Assembly (NCBI GenBank): GCA_030265395.1
Contig: JARFYF010000001.1
Location: 56,362,651-56,426,650 of the forward strand
Length of the DNA: 64,000 bases
Direction: 5' to 3'
DNA from: Rhina ancylostomus
Taxonomy: Eukaryota
Positions 50,009 to 61,607 of this stretch are shown here, piece after piece. Position 1 is the stretch's first letter. Every line of letters begins with the position of its first letter. The notes beneath the pieces are model-generated. The model saw only the letters and a program-made list of their open reading frames with translations. It was not told where the DNA came from and made no database searches. Both the position numbers and the translations under genes were made by a program.

Positions 50009-50920
50009 TTGAGTTCAAGAGCCATGAGGTAATGTTGTAGCTCTATAACACTCTGGTTAGACCACACTTAGAGTATTGTATTCGGTTCTGGTCATCTCTT
50101 TACAGGTAAGATAAGATTTCTTTATTAGTCACATGTACATCGAAACACACAGAAATATATCTTTTGCATAGAATGTTCTGGGGGCAGCCCACAAGTGTCG
50201 CCACGCTTCCGGCGCCAACACAGCACGCCCACAATTTCCTGACCTGTATGTCTTTGGAATGTGGAAGGAAATTAGAGCACCCGGAGGAAACCCACGCAGA
50301 CACGGGGAGAACATACAAACTCCTTGCAGATGGCGGCTGGAATTGAACCCGGGTTGCTGGCGCTGTAATAGCATTACACTAACCACCACACTACCATGCC
50401 TGAAGGTTGTGGAAGCTTTAGAGATGGTGCAGAGGAAATTTACCAGGATGCTGCCTGGGTTGGAGAACATATTATGAGGAAGGGTTGAGCAAGCTGGGGC
50501 TTTTCTCTTTGGAGCGATGGAGGATGAGAGGCAACTTGATAGATCTGTATAAGATTATGAGGGCTACAAATAGAGTGGACAGACAGCACCTTTTCCCCAG
50601 GACAACAATGGCCAATGCCAGAAGACATCAGTTTAATATCAGAGGAGGAAAGTTTAGAGGAGATGTCAGAGGTAGGTTTTTTACACTGAGAGTGGTGGGT
50701 GCCTGGAATGCACTGGCTGGCATGGTGGTAGAGACTGATACAATAGGGACATTAAAAAGATTCTGAGGCACGTGGATGTAAGGAAAATGGAGGGTTATGG
50801 GCTGTGTAGGAGGGAAGAGTTAGATTGATCAGGGAGTGGGTTTATACAGGTTGGCACAACATTATGCACCAAAGGGCCTGAACTTTGCTGTACTGTTCTT
50901 TGTTCTATATTCTATGTTCA
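50009..50920 (+). mobile_element. CR1-like LINE 3' end
   Basis: EALEMVQRKFTRMLPGLE and LGLFSLER.RMRG.LI..YKIMR...RFFTLRVVGAWNAL; tail gggcctg...gctgtactgttctttgttctat. Confidence 0.88.
50107..50400 (-). mobile_element. V-SINE (HE1-like) inserted in the CR1 copy
   Basis: Minus strand: ggcatggtagtgtggtggttagtg...cccgggttcaattcc head, V-domain gcgtgggtttcctccgggtgctc...ccacattccaaagac, tail catgtgactaataaagaaatcttatctta. CR1 sequence resumes on both sides. Confidence 0.85.
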
Positions 50921-51329
50921 AACAATCAGGGCAACCAAGCCAATGCGGTGGATTATTACAAGGAGTACCTTAAAGAAGTGGGAAAGGGATATTGGAAGGG
51001 AATTCACTGTGTGGGTGCACACATCTGAAGGGGAGTGGGTTGCACAAAGGGCAACAAAACCCTGTGTTCTGGAGGAGAGAAACACTGTGAGCAATCTGTT
51101 TCGGCAGAATTCAGTGCAAGTTCAAACCCTGGAAAATGAACAAAGAGACCAAATAGGATTTACCCACACCTGCAATTTTGGGAAAGTGATAAAGGTAAAT
51201 CTTTTTTTTTGTTTGTGTCAAATATACGAAGTTTGAACAAACTCCAGTTAATTTTAAAAACAGTTTTTGACCTGTTGAATCATAGGTTTCTGAAATGGTT
51301 GACTAAATGAAGGGTAATCACAGGCATGA

Positions 51330-51800
51330 CTCTGAGCTTCTTATCACTTTAATTCTTCATCTCAGTCCCACTCTGATCTCTCAGTCTTTGGCCTCCCACT
51401 CTGTTCCAATGAAGCCCAATATAAGCTCAAGAAACAGCATCTCATCTTTCCCCTGGCAAGTTACAGCCTTCAGAACACAACATAACTTTCAACAGCTTGA
51501 GATACTAACTCGCCAGTTTGCGTCAGAGCTGGCCAGTTCTAATGAAAAAGAAATGTAATGTTAACTCATGCTTTCTCTCTCTACAGATGATGACTGATTG
51601 AATGGTGTTTCCAGCATTCTGTTTCACTTTATATTTCCAGCATTTGCAGTACGTTTTAAATTTCACAGTCCTGATGCTGACTCTCAACTTGAAACGTCAA
51701 CCATCCCTTCTACCTCCACAGATGCTGCTTGATCCACTGGGCTCCTCCAACAGTTTGTTTTTTAGCTCCGGATTCCGGTTGTGTCTCCAATTTTCCTTCT
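51330..51800 (+). mobile_element. Decayed Penelope-like element 3' end (GIY-YIG C-terminus + tails)
   Basis: ataagctcaagaaacagcatctcatctttc (KL.EQHLIF-like), then tail cagtc-CTGATG...GAAACGTC...cacagatgctgcttgatccactg. Confidence 0.6.
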
Positions 51801-52009
51801 GTTTAGTTCTAACTGCTAAGACCAATGTGCAGCCACTCTCTCTCCGGAATTGTTAATGGGTGCAAGTGTATCCATACAAACTGTTTCTAGGCAAATTGGA
51901 AATGGTGTAATTGGTAATTGGTTTATTATTGTAACACATCCCAAGATACAGAGAAAAGCTTTGTTTTGCATGTCATCCATTTAGATAATTTCAAAACATG
52001 AGTACATCA

Positions 52010-52585
52010 GCCTCTACTTCCTCAGGAGGTGAAAGAAATTTGGCATGTCCCCTTTGACCCTCACCAACTTTTATCAAAGCACCATAGAAAGAATCCTATC
52101 TGTAAGCATTACAGCTTGGTACAGCAACTGCTCTGCCCAGGACCACAAGAAACTGCAGAGAGTTGTGGACACAGCCCAGCACATCACGGACACCAGCCTC
52201 CACACCATGGACTCTGTCTATTCCTCTCGCTGCCTTGGTGAAGCAGCCAGCATAATCAAAGACCCCACCCACCCGGGTCATTCTCACTTCTCTGCTCTCC
52301 CATCAGGCAGTAGATACAGGAGCCGGAGGGCACATACCACCAGGCTCAAGGACAGCTTCTATCCCACAGAGATCAGACTATTGAATGGTTCCCTTACACG
52401 ATGAGATGGACTTATTTGACCTTGCACCTTATTGTCTATCTGCAATGCACTTCCCTGTAGCTGTCACACTCTACTCTGTATTCTTTTATTGTTTTAACCC
52501 TGTACTACCTCAATGCACTGTGTAATGAATTAATCTGTACAAATGGTACCTCAGTACAAGTGACAATAATAAACCAATACCAACA
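52010..52585 (+). mobile_element. Rex1/Babar-type LINE 3' end, preceded by an inverted tail (51910-52010)
   Basis: ORF 52045..52404 (TLTNFYQSTIERILS.SITAWYSNCS...LPSGSRYRS...TTRLKDSFYP); tail acaagtgacaataataaacca. Confidence 0.85.
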
Positions 52586-55500
52586 GTAATTAGAGATGAC
52601 ATTCTTAGCGGATCGTTCAGTGAGGCCATATGGGTAGAACTTAGAAACAAGAAGGGGAGGGTCACTTTAATGGTGCTGTATTAAAGACCCCCAATAGTCG
52701 GCGGGAACTTGAGGAGTAGGTGTGTAGAGAAATTGCTCATAGTTGTAAAAATAATAGGGTTGTATTAGTGGGAGATTTTAATTTCTCCGGTATTGAATGC
52801 ACTACCAAGAATGCTAAGGTGCTGGATGGGATAGAATTTGTGAAATGTGTCCAGGAAAGTTTCCTGAGCCAATATATACTGAAGGTCCTACCTGGGAGGG
52901 ATCAATACTTGACTTCTCCTAGGGAACAAGGTAGGACAGGTAACTGAAGTGGTAGTCAAGGAGCACTTTGGCTCTTGTGACTATAGTTCTATTACTTTTA
53001 AGATAGTGATGAAAAAGGATAGGACAGGTGCACAGGTTAGGGTCCTAACCTGGAGCAGGGCTAATTTTGGGGGAATTAGGCAGGATCTAGCAGAAGTCGA
53101 TTGAGTGAGTCTCTTTTAAGGGAAAGGAACGAATGGCAAGTAGGAGGCTTTTAGGAGTGTGATATCAAGAGTCCAGGTGCTGCATGTTCCTGTTAGGGTG
53201 AAGGGTAAATCAGGCAAGTTTGGAGAACCTTGGCTGACAAGAGAGATTGAGGGATCTAGTTAAAAAAAGGAAGCATACATAAGAAACAAAGGACTGCAGA
53301 TGCTGGAATCGACATGAAAAACACTATGATGCTGCAGGAACTAAGCAGGCCAGGCAGCATGCATGGAAAAAAGCAGATGGTCAACATTTTGGGTCAGGAC
53401 CCTTCTTCGAGTCTGAAGATAGGAAATAGGGAAACCCAATATACAAGAGGGAAAAGAAGAGCAGTGATAGGTGGATAGAAGAGGGGAGGCAGGGTGAGCA
53501 CAAAGTGGTGATAGGTAGATGCAAGTAAGAGATAGCGATAGGCAGGTGCGGGGGAGCAGGGGAAACCAGATCCACTGGTGGATGGGTCAAAGGTAAGGAG
53601 GAAAAAAGGGGATAGAAAAGAAAGATAANNNNNNNNNNGGGGGGGGGAGAATTCAATGTTCATGCTGTCAGGCTGCAAGGTTCCAAGACAGGAGATGAGG
53701 TGCTGTTCCTCCAGTTTGCGCGTGGAATTCTCCTGGCAGTGGACAAGGCTGAGGTCTGTGATCGTGTGGGAGGGGGAGGGGAAGTGACTGGCAAGAGGGA
53801 GATGCAGATCGTGGTTAAGGATGGAGCGCAGGTGCTCTGCAAAATGGTCACCTAATCTGTGTTTCATCTCGCCAATGCAGAGGAGGCCACACTTGGAGCA
53901 TCAAATGCAGTAGATGATATTAAGGGAGTTGCAGGTGAATCTCTGTCTCAGCCAAAAGGACTGTTTGGGTCCCTGGATGGAGGTGATGGAGGAGGTGTAG
54001 GGGCAGGTGTTGCACCTATGGCAGGGGGCAGTGCAAAGCTCCCGAGGTGGGAGCAGGATGGGAAGGTGGGGGAGGAGTGAAATAGGGAGTCGTGGAGAGA
54101 GCGGTCCCAGTGAAAGATAGAACGGGGTGGGGAGGGGAGGATATACCCGGTACTGGGGTCCTGTTGGAGATGGTGGAAGTGGTGGAGAATGATACGTTGG
54201 CTTCTGGGATGAAATGTAAGGACAAGGGGGACCCTATCCCTGTTGAGTCTGGGAGGGGTGGGGTTGAGAGCAGAGGTGTGGGAAATGGCAGAGATATGGA
54301 TGCGAGCTCTCTCAACCACAGTAGAGGGAAGCCATGGTGAGTAAAGAAGTTGGACATATCGGATGTCCTGGAGTAGAAAGCCTTATCATGGGAGCAGATG
54401 TGGAGAAATTGAGAAAAAGGGATCGCGTCCTTGCAAGAGACAGGGTGGGAGGAGCTGTAATCAAGGTGCACCTTGAAGGAGGTGGCTTCAGAGATTGCAG
54501 AGGCATTGGTGATAATTTTCCAGGAATCACTGGACTCCGACATGGTTCCAGAGGACTGGAAGGTCACAAATGTAGTTCCGCTGTATAAGAAAGGTGGGAG
54601 GCAGCATAAAGGAAATTACAGACCTATTAGTCNNNNNNNNNNNNNNNNNNNNNNNNNNNNNNNNNNNNNNNNNNNNNNNNNNNNNNNNNNNNNNNNNNNN
54701 NNNNNNNNNNNNNNNNNNNNNNNNNNNNNNNNNNNNNNNNNNNNNNNNNNNNNNNNNNNNNNNNNNNNNNNNNNNNNNNNNNNNNNNNNNNNNNNNNNNN
54801 NNNNNNNNNNNNNNNNNNNNNNNNNNNNNNNNNNNNNNNNNNNNNNNNNNNNNNNNNNNNNNNNNNNNNNNNNNNNNNNNNNNNNNNNNNNNNNNNNNNN
54901 NNNNNNNNNNNNNNNNNNNNNNNNNNNNNNNNNNNNNNNNNNNNNNNNNNNNNNNNNNNNNNNNGCTGGGGGGGGGGGGGGAGATGTGTGCTGTGGAGGG
55001 GAAGAGTAAACTAGGGAGTCATGGGGAGAGCGATCCCTGTGAAAGATAGAAAGGGGTGGGGAGGGGAAGATATGCTTGGTAGTGGGGTCCTGTTGGAGAT
55101 GGCGAAAATGGCGGAGAAAGATGTGTTGGCAACGTAGGCTGGTGGGATGAAATGTGAGGACAAGGGAGACCCTATCCCTTTTGGGTCTGGGAGAGGTGGG
55201 GATGAGAGCAGAGGTGCGGGAATTGGCAAAGATACGTGTGCGAGCTCTCTCAAACACAGTCGGGGGGAAGCCCTGGTTAGAAAAGAAGTTGGACATCGTG
55301 GATGTCCTGGAGTGGAAAGTCTCATGATAGGAGTAGATGCAGCGGGGACAGAGAAATTGAGATAAATGGATAGCATTCTTGCAAGAGACATGGTGGGAGG
55401 AACTGTAATTGAGGTAGCTGTGGGCGTCAGTGGATTTGTAGAAGATGTCGGTGGATAAGGAATCTCCTGAGATGGAGATGGAGATGGAAAGATGGAGGAA

Positions 55501-57051
55501 GGAGAGAGAGGTGTCAGAGATGGTCCAAGTGAGTTGGGGAGCAGGGTGAAAACTAGTGGCGAAATTTATGAAACTGTCAAGTTCCGCACAGGTACAAGAG
55601 GTGGCACCAATGCAGTCGTTGATATAGCAGAGAAAGAGCAGGAAACATACATTGAGTTTAGAAGGTCAGGGACAATTGAATCCCTTGATGACTGTAAAAA
55701 GTCTTAAGAGGGAACCAGGAGGGCAAAGACAGGGTATGAGATGGATCTGGCAGGTAAAGCTAAGGAAAATCCCAAGAGGTTCTATAGCTATATTAAAAGG
55801 GTGACCAGGAAGAGAATAGGTCCCGTTAGAGATCAGCAGGGCCACCTATGTCTTGAGCCGCAGAAGGTGGGTGGGATTTTTCATGACTATTTCTCCTCGG
55901 TGTTTACCAAATGCATCTGAGGACTTTGTGGGAGACTAAAGGAGAAATTGCGGAGACCCTTGTGGAAATTTTTGTTTCATCGTTAGCCACTGGTGAAGTT
56001 CACGAAGATTGGAAGGTGGCTAATGTTGTTCCATTGTTTAAGAAAGGTAGGAAGACCGATGACGAGTGGTGTGCCACAGGGATCGGTGTTGGGACCCTTG
56101 TTATTCGTCATTCATATGAATGATTTGGATGCGAATGCACGAGGCTTGATCAGTAAGTTTGCGGATGACATGAAATTGGGAAGTGTTGTTGACAGTGAAG
56201 AAGGTTATCTTAGATTACAGGGGTCACTTCAGGAAGTGGGCCAAGGATTGGCAAATGGATTTCAATGCAGATAAGTGTTGGGGATGCATCAAACCAGCGT
56301 AGAACTTATACTATGAATGGTATTGCACTAGGGAGTGTAATGGAACAGAGGGACCAAGGGGTATGAGTGCATAGTTCATTGAAAGGGGCGTCACAGGTAG
56401 ACAGGGTGGTGAAAAAGGCGTTTAGCATGCTCATCTTCATCAGTCAGGGCATTGAGTATAGGAGCTGGGACATTATGTTGCAGTTGTACAAGTTGTTGGT
56501 GAGGTCACACTTGGAATACTGTATACAGTTTTAGTCACTCTTATAGGAAAGAGGTAGTTAAACTGGAAAGAGTGCAGAAAAGATTTACGAGGATGTTGTT
56601 AGGACTGGAGAGGCTGAGTTACAGGTAGAAGTTGGCCAGGCCAGGTCTTTATTCCTTTGAGCGTAGGAGAATGAGGGATGACCTTATGGAGGTTTATAAA
56701 ATCATGAGAAGCATAGATAAGGTGGATGGTAGCAGTCTTTTCTCTAGTGTAGGAGAGTCCAAAACTAGGGTGTATAGCTTTAGGGTGAGGTGGAAAGATT
56801 TAAAATGGACCTGAGGGGCAACTTTTCCATGCAGAGGGTGGTGAGTATTTGGAATGAGCTTCTAGGGGAAGTGGTTGAGGCAGATACAACAGTATCATTT
56901 AAAAAGTACTTGGATAGGTATGTGCAGGGGCAGGGTTTATGGGCTATGGGCTGAATGCAGGATTTTTGGACTGGATGAGTGGGCACCATGGTTGGCATGG
57001 ACTCATTGGGCCGAAAGGCCTGTATCCATGCTGTATTGCTCTATGACTCTA
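52586..57051 (+). mobile_element. Internally deleted CR1-like LINE (APE endonuclease to 3' tail) split by a Penelope insertion at 53281-55639
   Basis: APE motif VLVGDFNF (52720 ORF), EDWKVANVVPLFKKG, SGVPQGSVLGPLLF, SKFADD, and 3' tail gggccgaaaggcctgtatccatgctgtattgctctatgactcta. Confidence 0.85.
53281..55639 (-). mobile_element. Penelope-like element(s): RT C-terminal region + GIY-YIG endonuclease + polypurine spacer + tail, partly duplicated across a gap
   Basis: ORFs RLGDHFAEHLRSI...LPLASHF...RKLEEQHLIS.LGTLQPDSMNIEFS (GIY-YIG) and RDRVPLVLTFHP (twice, ~54230 and ~55160). A short CR1 piece (54470-54632, +) is embedded. Confidence 0.85.
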
Positions 57052-57590
57052 TAACAAACTTATAAACATGTACTGTTGAAAGAATCCTGACTGGTTACAT
57101 CATGGTCTGTTATGCCAATTTAAGTACACAGAAACATCAGCTGCAGAGAGTAATGGACTCAGCCCACTACATCACAGGCATATCCCTCCCCACCATCAGT
57201 AGTATCTACATGAGGCACTGCCTCAAGAAGGCAATGTTTATCATCAAATATCCCCACCATCCGAGCCATGCCATCTTCTTGCAGCAACCATCAGGCAGGC
57301 GGTACAGAAGCCTGAAATCCCACACCACTACTTTCAAGAATAGCTACTTCCCTTCAACCAATCAGTTCTTGAACCAACCAACACAACTGTAATCACTACC
57401 TGAGTATGGTAACACTATGACCACTTTGAGCCACAATGGACTGTGTTATTTTTATTCCAATTGTGTTCTTTCTTGTCAAATTGTGNNNNNNNNNNATTTT
57501 TCTTGTGACTGTTGTGTATCTGATGCTATGTGTCAGTGATGCTGTTGCAAGTAAGTTTTGTGCATATGACAATAAAATCAACTTTGACTT
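57052..57590 (+). mobile_element. Rex1/Babar-type LINE 3' end
   Basis: LQRVMDSAHYITG.SLPTI..IY..HCLKKA..IIK.PHHPSHA.F...PSGRRYRSLKSHTT.FKNSYFP; tail gacaataaatcaactttgactt. Confidence 0.85.
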
Positions 57591-57669
57591 TGTCAAATCC
57601 ATTGACAGGATAACTGAACCATCCTTTCACAGGGCAAAATCACCTCTATGCAGGCCACAATTACACTCA

Positions 57670-57970
57670 GACACAGGAAATTCTGCAGATGCTCGTTGTA
57701 TCTGGAGTAATACACAAAAAGTGCTGGAGGAACTCAACAGGTCAGGCAGCATCCATGGAGGGAAATACACAGTCGATATTTTGGGCCGAGACCTTTCATC
57801 AGGACTGAAAAGGAAGAGGGCAGAAGCCAGAATAGGAAGGTGGGGGGAGAGGGAGGAACACACGCAGGCAGGGGATAGGTGAGTTCAGGTCACAGGCAAG
57901 TCCAAGTGAGAGGGGGAAGGTAGGTGGGTGGGAGAGGGGGTTAAGATGTAATAAGCTGAGAGGTAGAAGA
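57670..57970 (-). mobile_element. Penelope-type tail with the best-preserved hammerhead-like motif
   Basis: Minus strand CAGTC-CTGATGA-AAGGTCTCGGCCC-AAAA-TATC-GACTG (57770-57807) downstream of a pyrimidine-rich spacer. Confidence 0.75.
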
Positions 57971-59244
57971 GGGGCTCTTAACTTAGAATTTAACTTATTT
58001 ATGTCCAAATTATCACCCCAATAGGTTAGTAGGTTAATTGGCCACTGTGAACTGCCCCCCGTGTGTAGGTGAGTGGGAGAATCTGGGGGAAGTTGATGGT
58101 AATGTGGGGAGAATAAAAAGGGATTCATGTAAGTGGAAGTGATGGTTGGTACAGACTCGATGGACCTAAGGGCCTGTTTCTGTGCTGTATGATTCAGTGA
58201 CAATAGTTTCCCAGATAGCAAGTGCTGGTAATGGAGAAGTTGCACTAGGTGACAGGGAGCAGTGGTGTTGTGGTTAACTGTTTGGGGTGGGGAATTCCTG
58301 TCTCTACAGGGCCAGTAAGCTAGTTCTGCATGTCTGGGTCTACTCATCATTACTTTTCACACTCCCAATGTGTCATCTGCTCTTTGCTACATTCACCATG
58401 CTTTCCTTCCTCCTCTGCCAACAAAACTTCTCTGGACTCATCCTTCATTTCTTTACTTGTCACCTTATCTGAGACTTGCACCATTACCCATTTTGAAATT
58501 ACTTTATCCATCCTACCCTTACCCTTTGGTATTTTCTGACCTCTTACTAACCCACAGCTCAATATTAGAAATCAATAATTTTAAGCAAATTATTTCCAGT
58601 TCTGATTAAATTTCTTCAACCTGAAATTCTTCACTCTTTTGTAATGATGCCAAGCTTTTTGATTGTTTTCCATCATTTTGTTTCTATTTTAAAATTATAG
58701 TATCTGCAGTACCGTGTTTCAGTTCAGAATAACCACCAAGAGAATCCCCATTTAACCGCAACTTCTGAAAACATGACAAAGGAAGTAATGACCAGCATTG
58801 ATAGTCCACCAGTCAGAATGCACCTCAAATACTTTATCCAGTTCTGTTCACTAAGTCATAAATACTTGAGCCCTTGGAGAGATGAATCCTTAATATTAAG
58901 GGTTAGATCGATGCTCAAAAGAAAGATGAATGGCCTCAAGGATTTAGAGATTCAAGCAGCATGCACGGAGAGGGAAATAGTACTAAAGTTTCAGTTTGAC
59001 GAGCTTCATTAGAACAAGGAATTGGAGCGACTGTTTATAAGAAGGGGGAAAAAACACCAACCTGGGTGGTTGAGCCAAGTAGCCTATTTTCACACAAGGT
59101 TATTCATGGGAAATATGAAAGACAATCTTAGAGGTATATAAGGTAACATTTAAAAGTTAAATATGAAATAACATTCAGATTTAATAACATTCAAATCTGA
59201 AAGACAGGATAGACATTGGTTAAATCTGATAAAAGACAACGTTA

Positions 59245-60245
59245 GTAAATTGGTTTATTATTGTCACATGTACTGAGGTACATTGAGAAGCTTGTCTTGC
59301 ATACCGTTTGTACAGATTAATTCATTACACAGTGCATTGAGGTAGTACAAAGTAAAACAATTAAAATAATCGTAGGAGGGACCCATTCAATAATCTTATA
59401 ACAGCAGGATAGAAGCTGTCCTTGAGCCTGTTGGTACATGCTTTCAGGCTTTTGTATCNNNNNNNNNNNNNNNNNNNNNNNNNNNNNNNNNNNNNNNNNN
59501 NNNNNNNNNNNNNNNNNNNNNNNNNNNNNNNNNNNNNNNNNNNNNNNNNNNNNNNNNNNNNNNNNNNNNNNNNNNNNNNNNNNNNNNNNNNNNNNNNNNN
59601 NNNNNNNNNNNNNNNNNNNNNNNNNNNNNNNNNNNNNNNNNNNNNNNNNNNNNNNNNNNNNNNNNNNNNNNNNNNNNNNNNNNNNNNNNNNNNNNNNNNN
59701 NNNNNNNNNNNNNNNNNNNNNNNNNNNNNNNNNNNNNNNNNNNNNNNNNNNNNNNNNNNNNNNNNNNNNNNNNNNNNNNNNNNNNNNNNNNNNNNNNNNN
59801 NNNNNNNNNNNNNNNNNNNNNNNNNNNNNNNNNNNNNNNNNNNNNNNNNNNNNNNNNNNNNNNNNNNNNNNNNNNNNNNNNNNNNNNNNNNNNNNNNNNN
59901 NNNNNNNNNNNNNNNNNNNNNNNNNNNNNNNNNNNNNNNNNNNNNNNNNNNNNNNNNNNNNNNNNNNNNNNNNNNNNNNNNNNNNNNNNNNNNNNNNNNN
60001 NNNNNNNNNNNNNNNNNNNNNNNNNNNNNNNNNNNNNNNNNNNNTTGTAGATTGAGTTAGAGCAGAATCTGGCCATGCAGTCTTGAGTGTATAGGGAGTA
60101 GAGTAGGGGGCTGAGGACACAGTCTTGTGGGACGCTAGTGTTGAGAATAATCGTGGCGGAGATGTTGCTCCCTATCCTTACTGATTAAGGTCTATTGGTC
60201 AGGAAGTCAAGGATCTAGTTGCAATGGGAGATGTGGAGTCCCACT
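59245..60245 (-). mobile_element. Rex1/Babar-type LINE fragment across a large gap
   Basis: Minus strand: tcctcagccccctactctactccctatacactcaagactgc (LSPLLYSLYT.DC-like), caggctcaaggacagcttctatcc, tail catgtgacaataataaacca. Confidence 0.8.
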
Positions 60246-60604
60246 TCTCAGAGTTTATTGTTATTTGGAGTTCAGATTAGGAGTTGCAATAAGATATTTA
60301 TATAATGATGAACCTGTGAACTGATGCATTACTTCCCAAGGGGCTTCAGTCAATGTAGCATAACTGCATAGAATTGCAGCATTATAAGGGAACAAGGCAG
60401 CAGTTCTGCTGTAACAGATTAGGGAGGTGATTTGCCGGAAGAGACTTGTCCACAGTTCCAAGATTTCTTCATTTAGTTCTTCCTAGAATGGACTAGAATA
60501 TTGGATACAGAGAAAAAGGATACTTTAAGAATCAATTGAATGGAACAATTTAAGTTTTGAGTGGATCAAATAATATTGGTCAGAATATCTTCTTCATCCA
60601 TAAA

Positions 60605-61600
60605 AACATGAAAAAAAGGACCAGGAGTAGGTCTGTTGGCCTCTCAAACCTGCTTCGCCATCAGTAAAGCATGGCCTATCCAATCATGGCCTCAATATCA
60701 CTTTCACACTCTCTCTCCATACCTTCCGACACACTTGCAATTTAGATATGCGTCAAACTTCACCCTGCATTTATTCAATGACTGCATCTACAATTGGCTG
60801 GGATAGATAGAGAATTCCACAGATTCACAACCTCTGAAAGAAGAAACTCCTCCTCATCTCTGTCTGCAGTAGGTGACCCTTTTATTCTAAAAGTTTGCTC
60901 TAAGTTTCCACACTAAGGGAAACATCCTGTCAGTATCTACCAACGTGCTCAAACTTTCATCAAAGGTCAATTCCTTCATCTCAGGAATCAATTTAGTTAA
61001 TCTTCTCTGCACAGTTTCTGATTCATAATTATCTTCCTCAAACATGGAGAACAAAATTGCACACAATATTCCGGGTGTGGTCTCAGCACCATCCTGTAAA
61101 GTTCCATCAAAACATCCCAACGTTTATACTTCAGACCTCTTGCAATGAAGGCCAACATTCCATTAGCCTTCCTAGTTACTGCACTGGAACACCAGATCTC
61201 TTTTGTAGTCTCACTCTGTTAAAATATCATTTACTTTATCATCCTTCTTTCCAAAGTGGACAACCTCACATTATCCCCACATTTTATTCCACCTGCCAGC
61301 TTCTTGTCCACTTACCCAATCTATCCATTCTCCTTTGCAGGTTCTTTGTGTTGTTCTCCCGACTTGCTGCTTTTGCATCATCAGCAAATTTGGCCACAAT
61401 ATGCTTGCTCCTTTCATCAAAATCATAGATTCATAGAACATGGAAATAGACCCGTGGGCTCACATTATAAATTATAAATGGTTGATGTCCCAGCTGTGGC
61501 ACCCTACTATTCCTCATTGCTGATCCAAAAATGACCCACCTATCCTAACTCTGTTGGCTACTCTCCTTTTCATGGCAATATATTACCCCCAACCCCATGT
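60605..61600 (-). mobile_element. Decayed, rearranged CR1-like LINE
   Basis: aaatttgctgatgatgcaaaa (KFADDAK), ccggaatattgtgtgcaattttg, vQRRLTKLIPEMKEL and a CR1 3' tail on the minus strand. Confidence 0.65.
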
Positions 61601-61607
61601 GCTCTGG

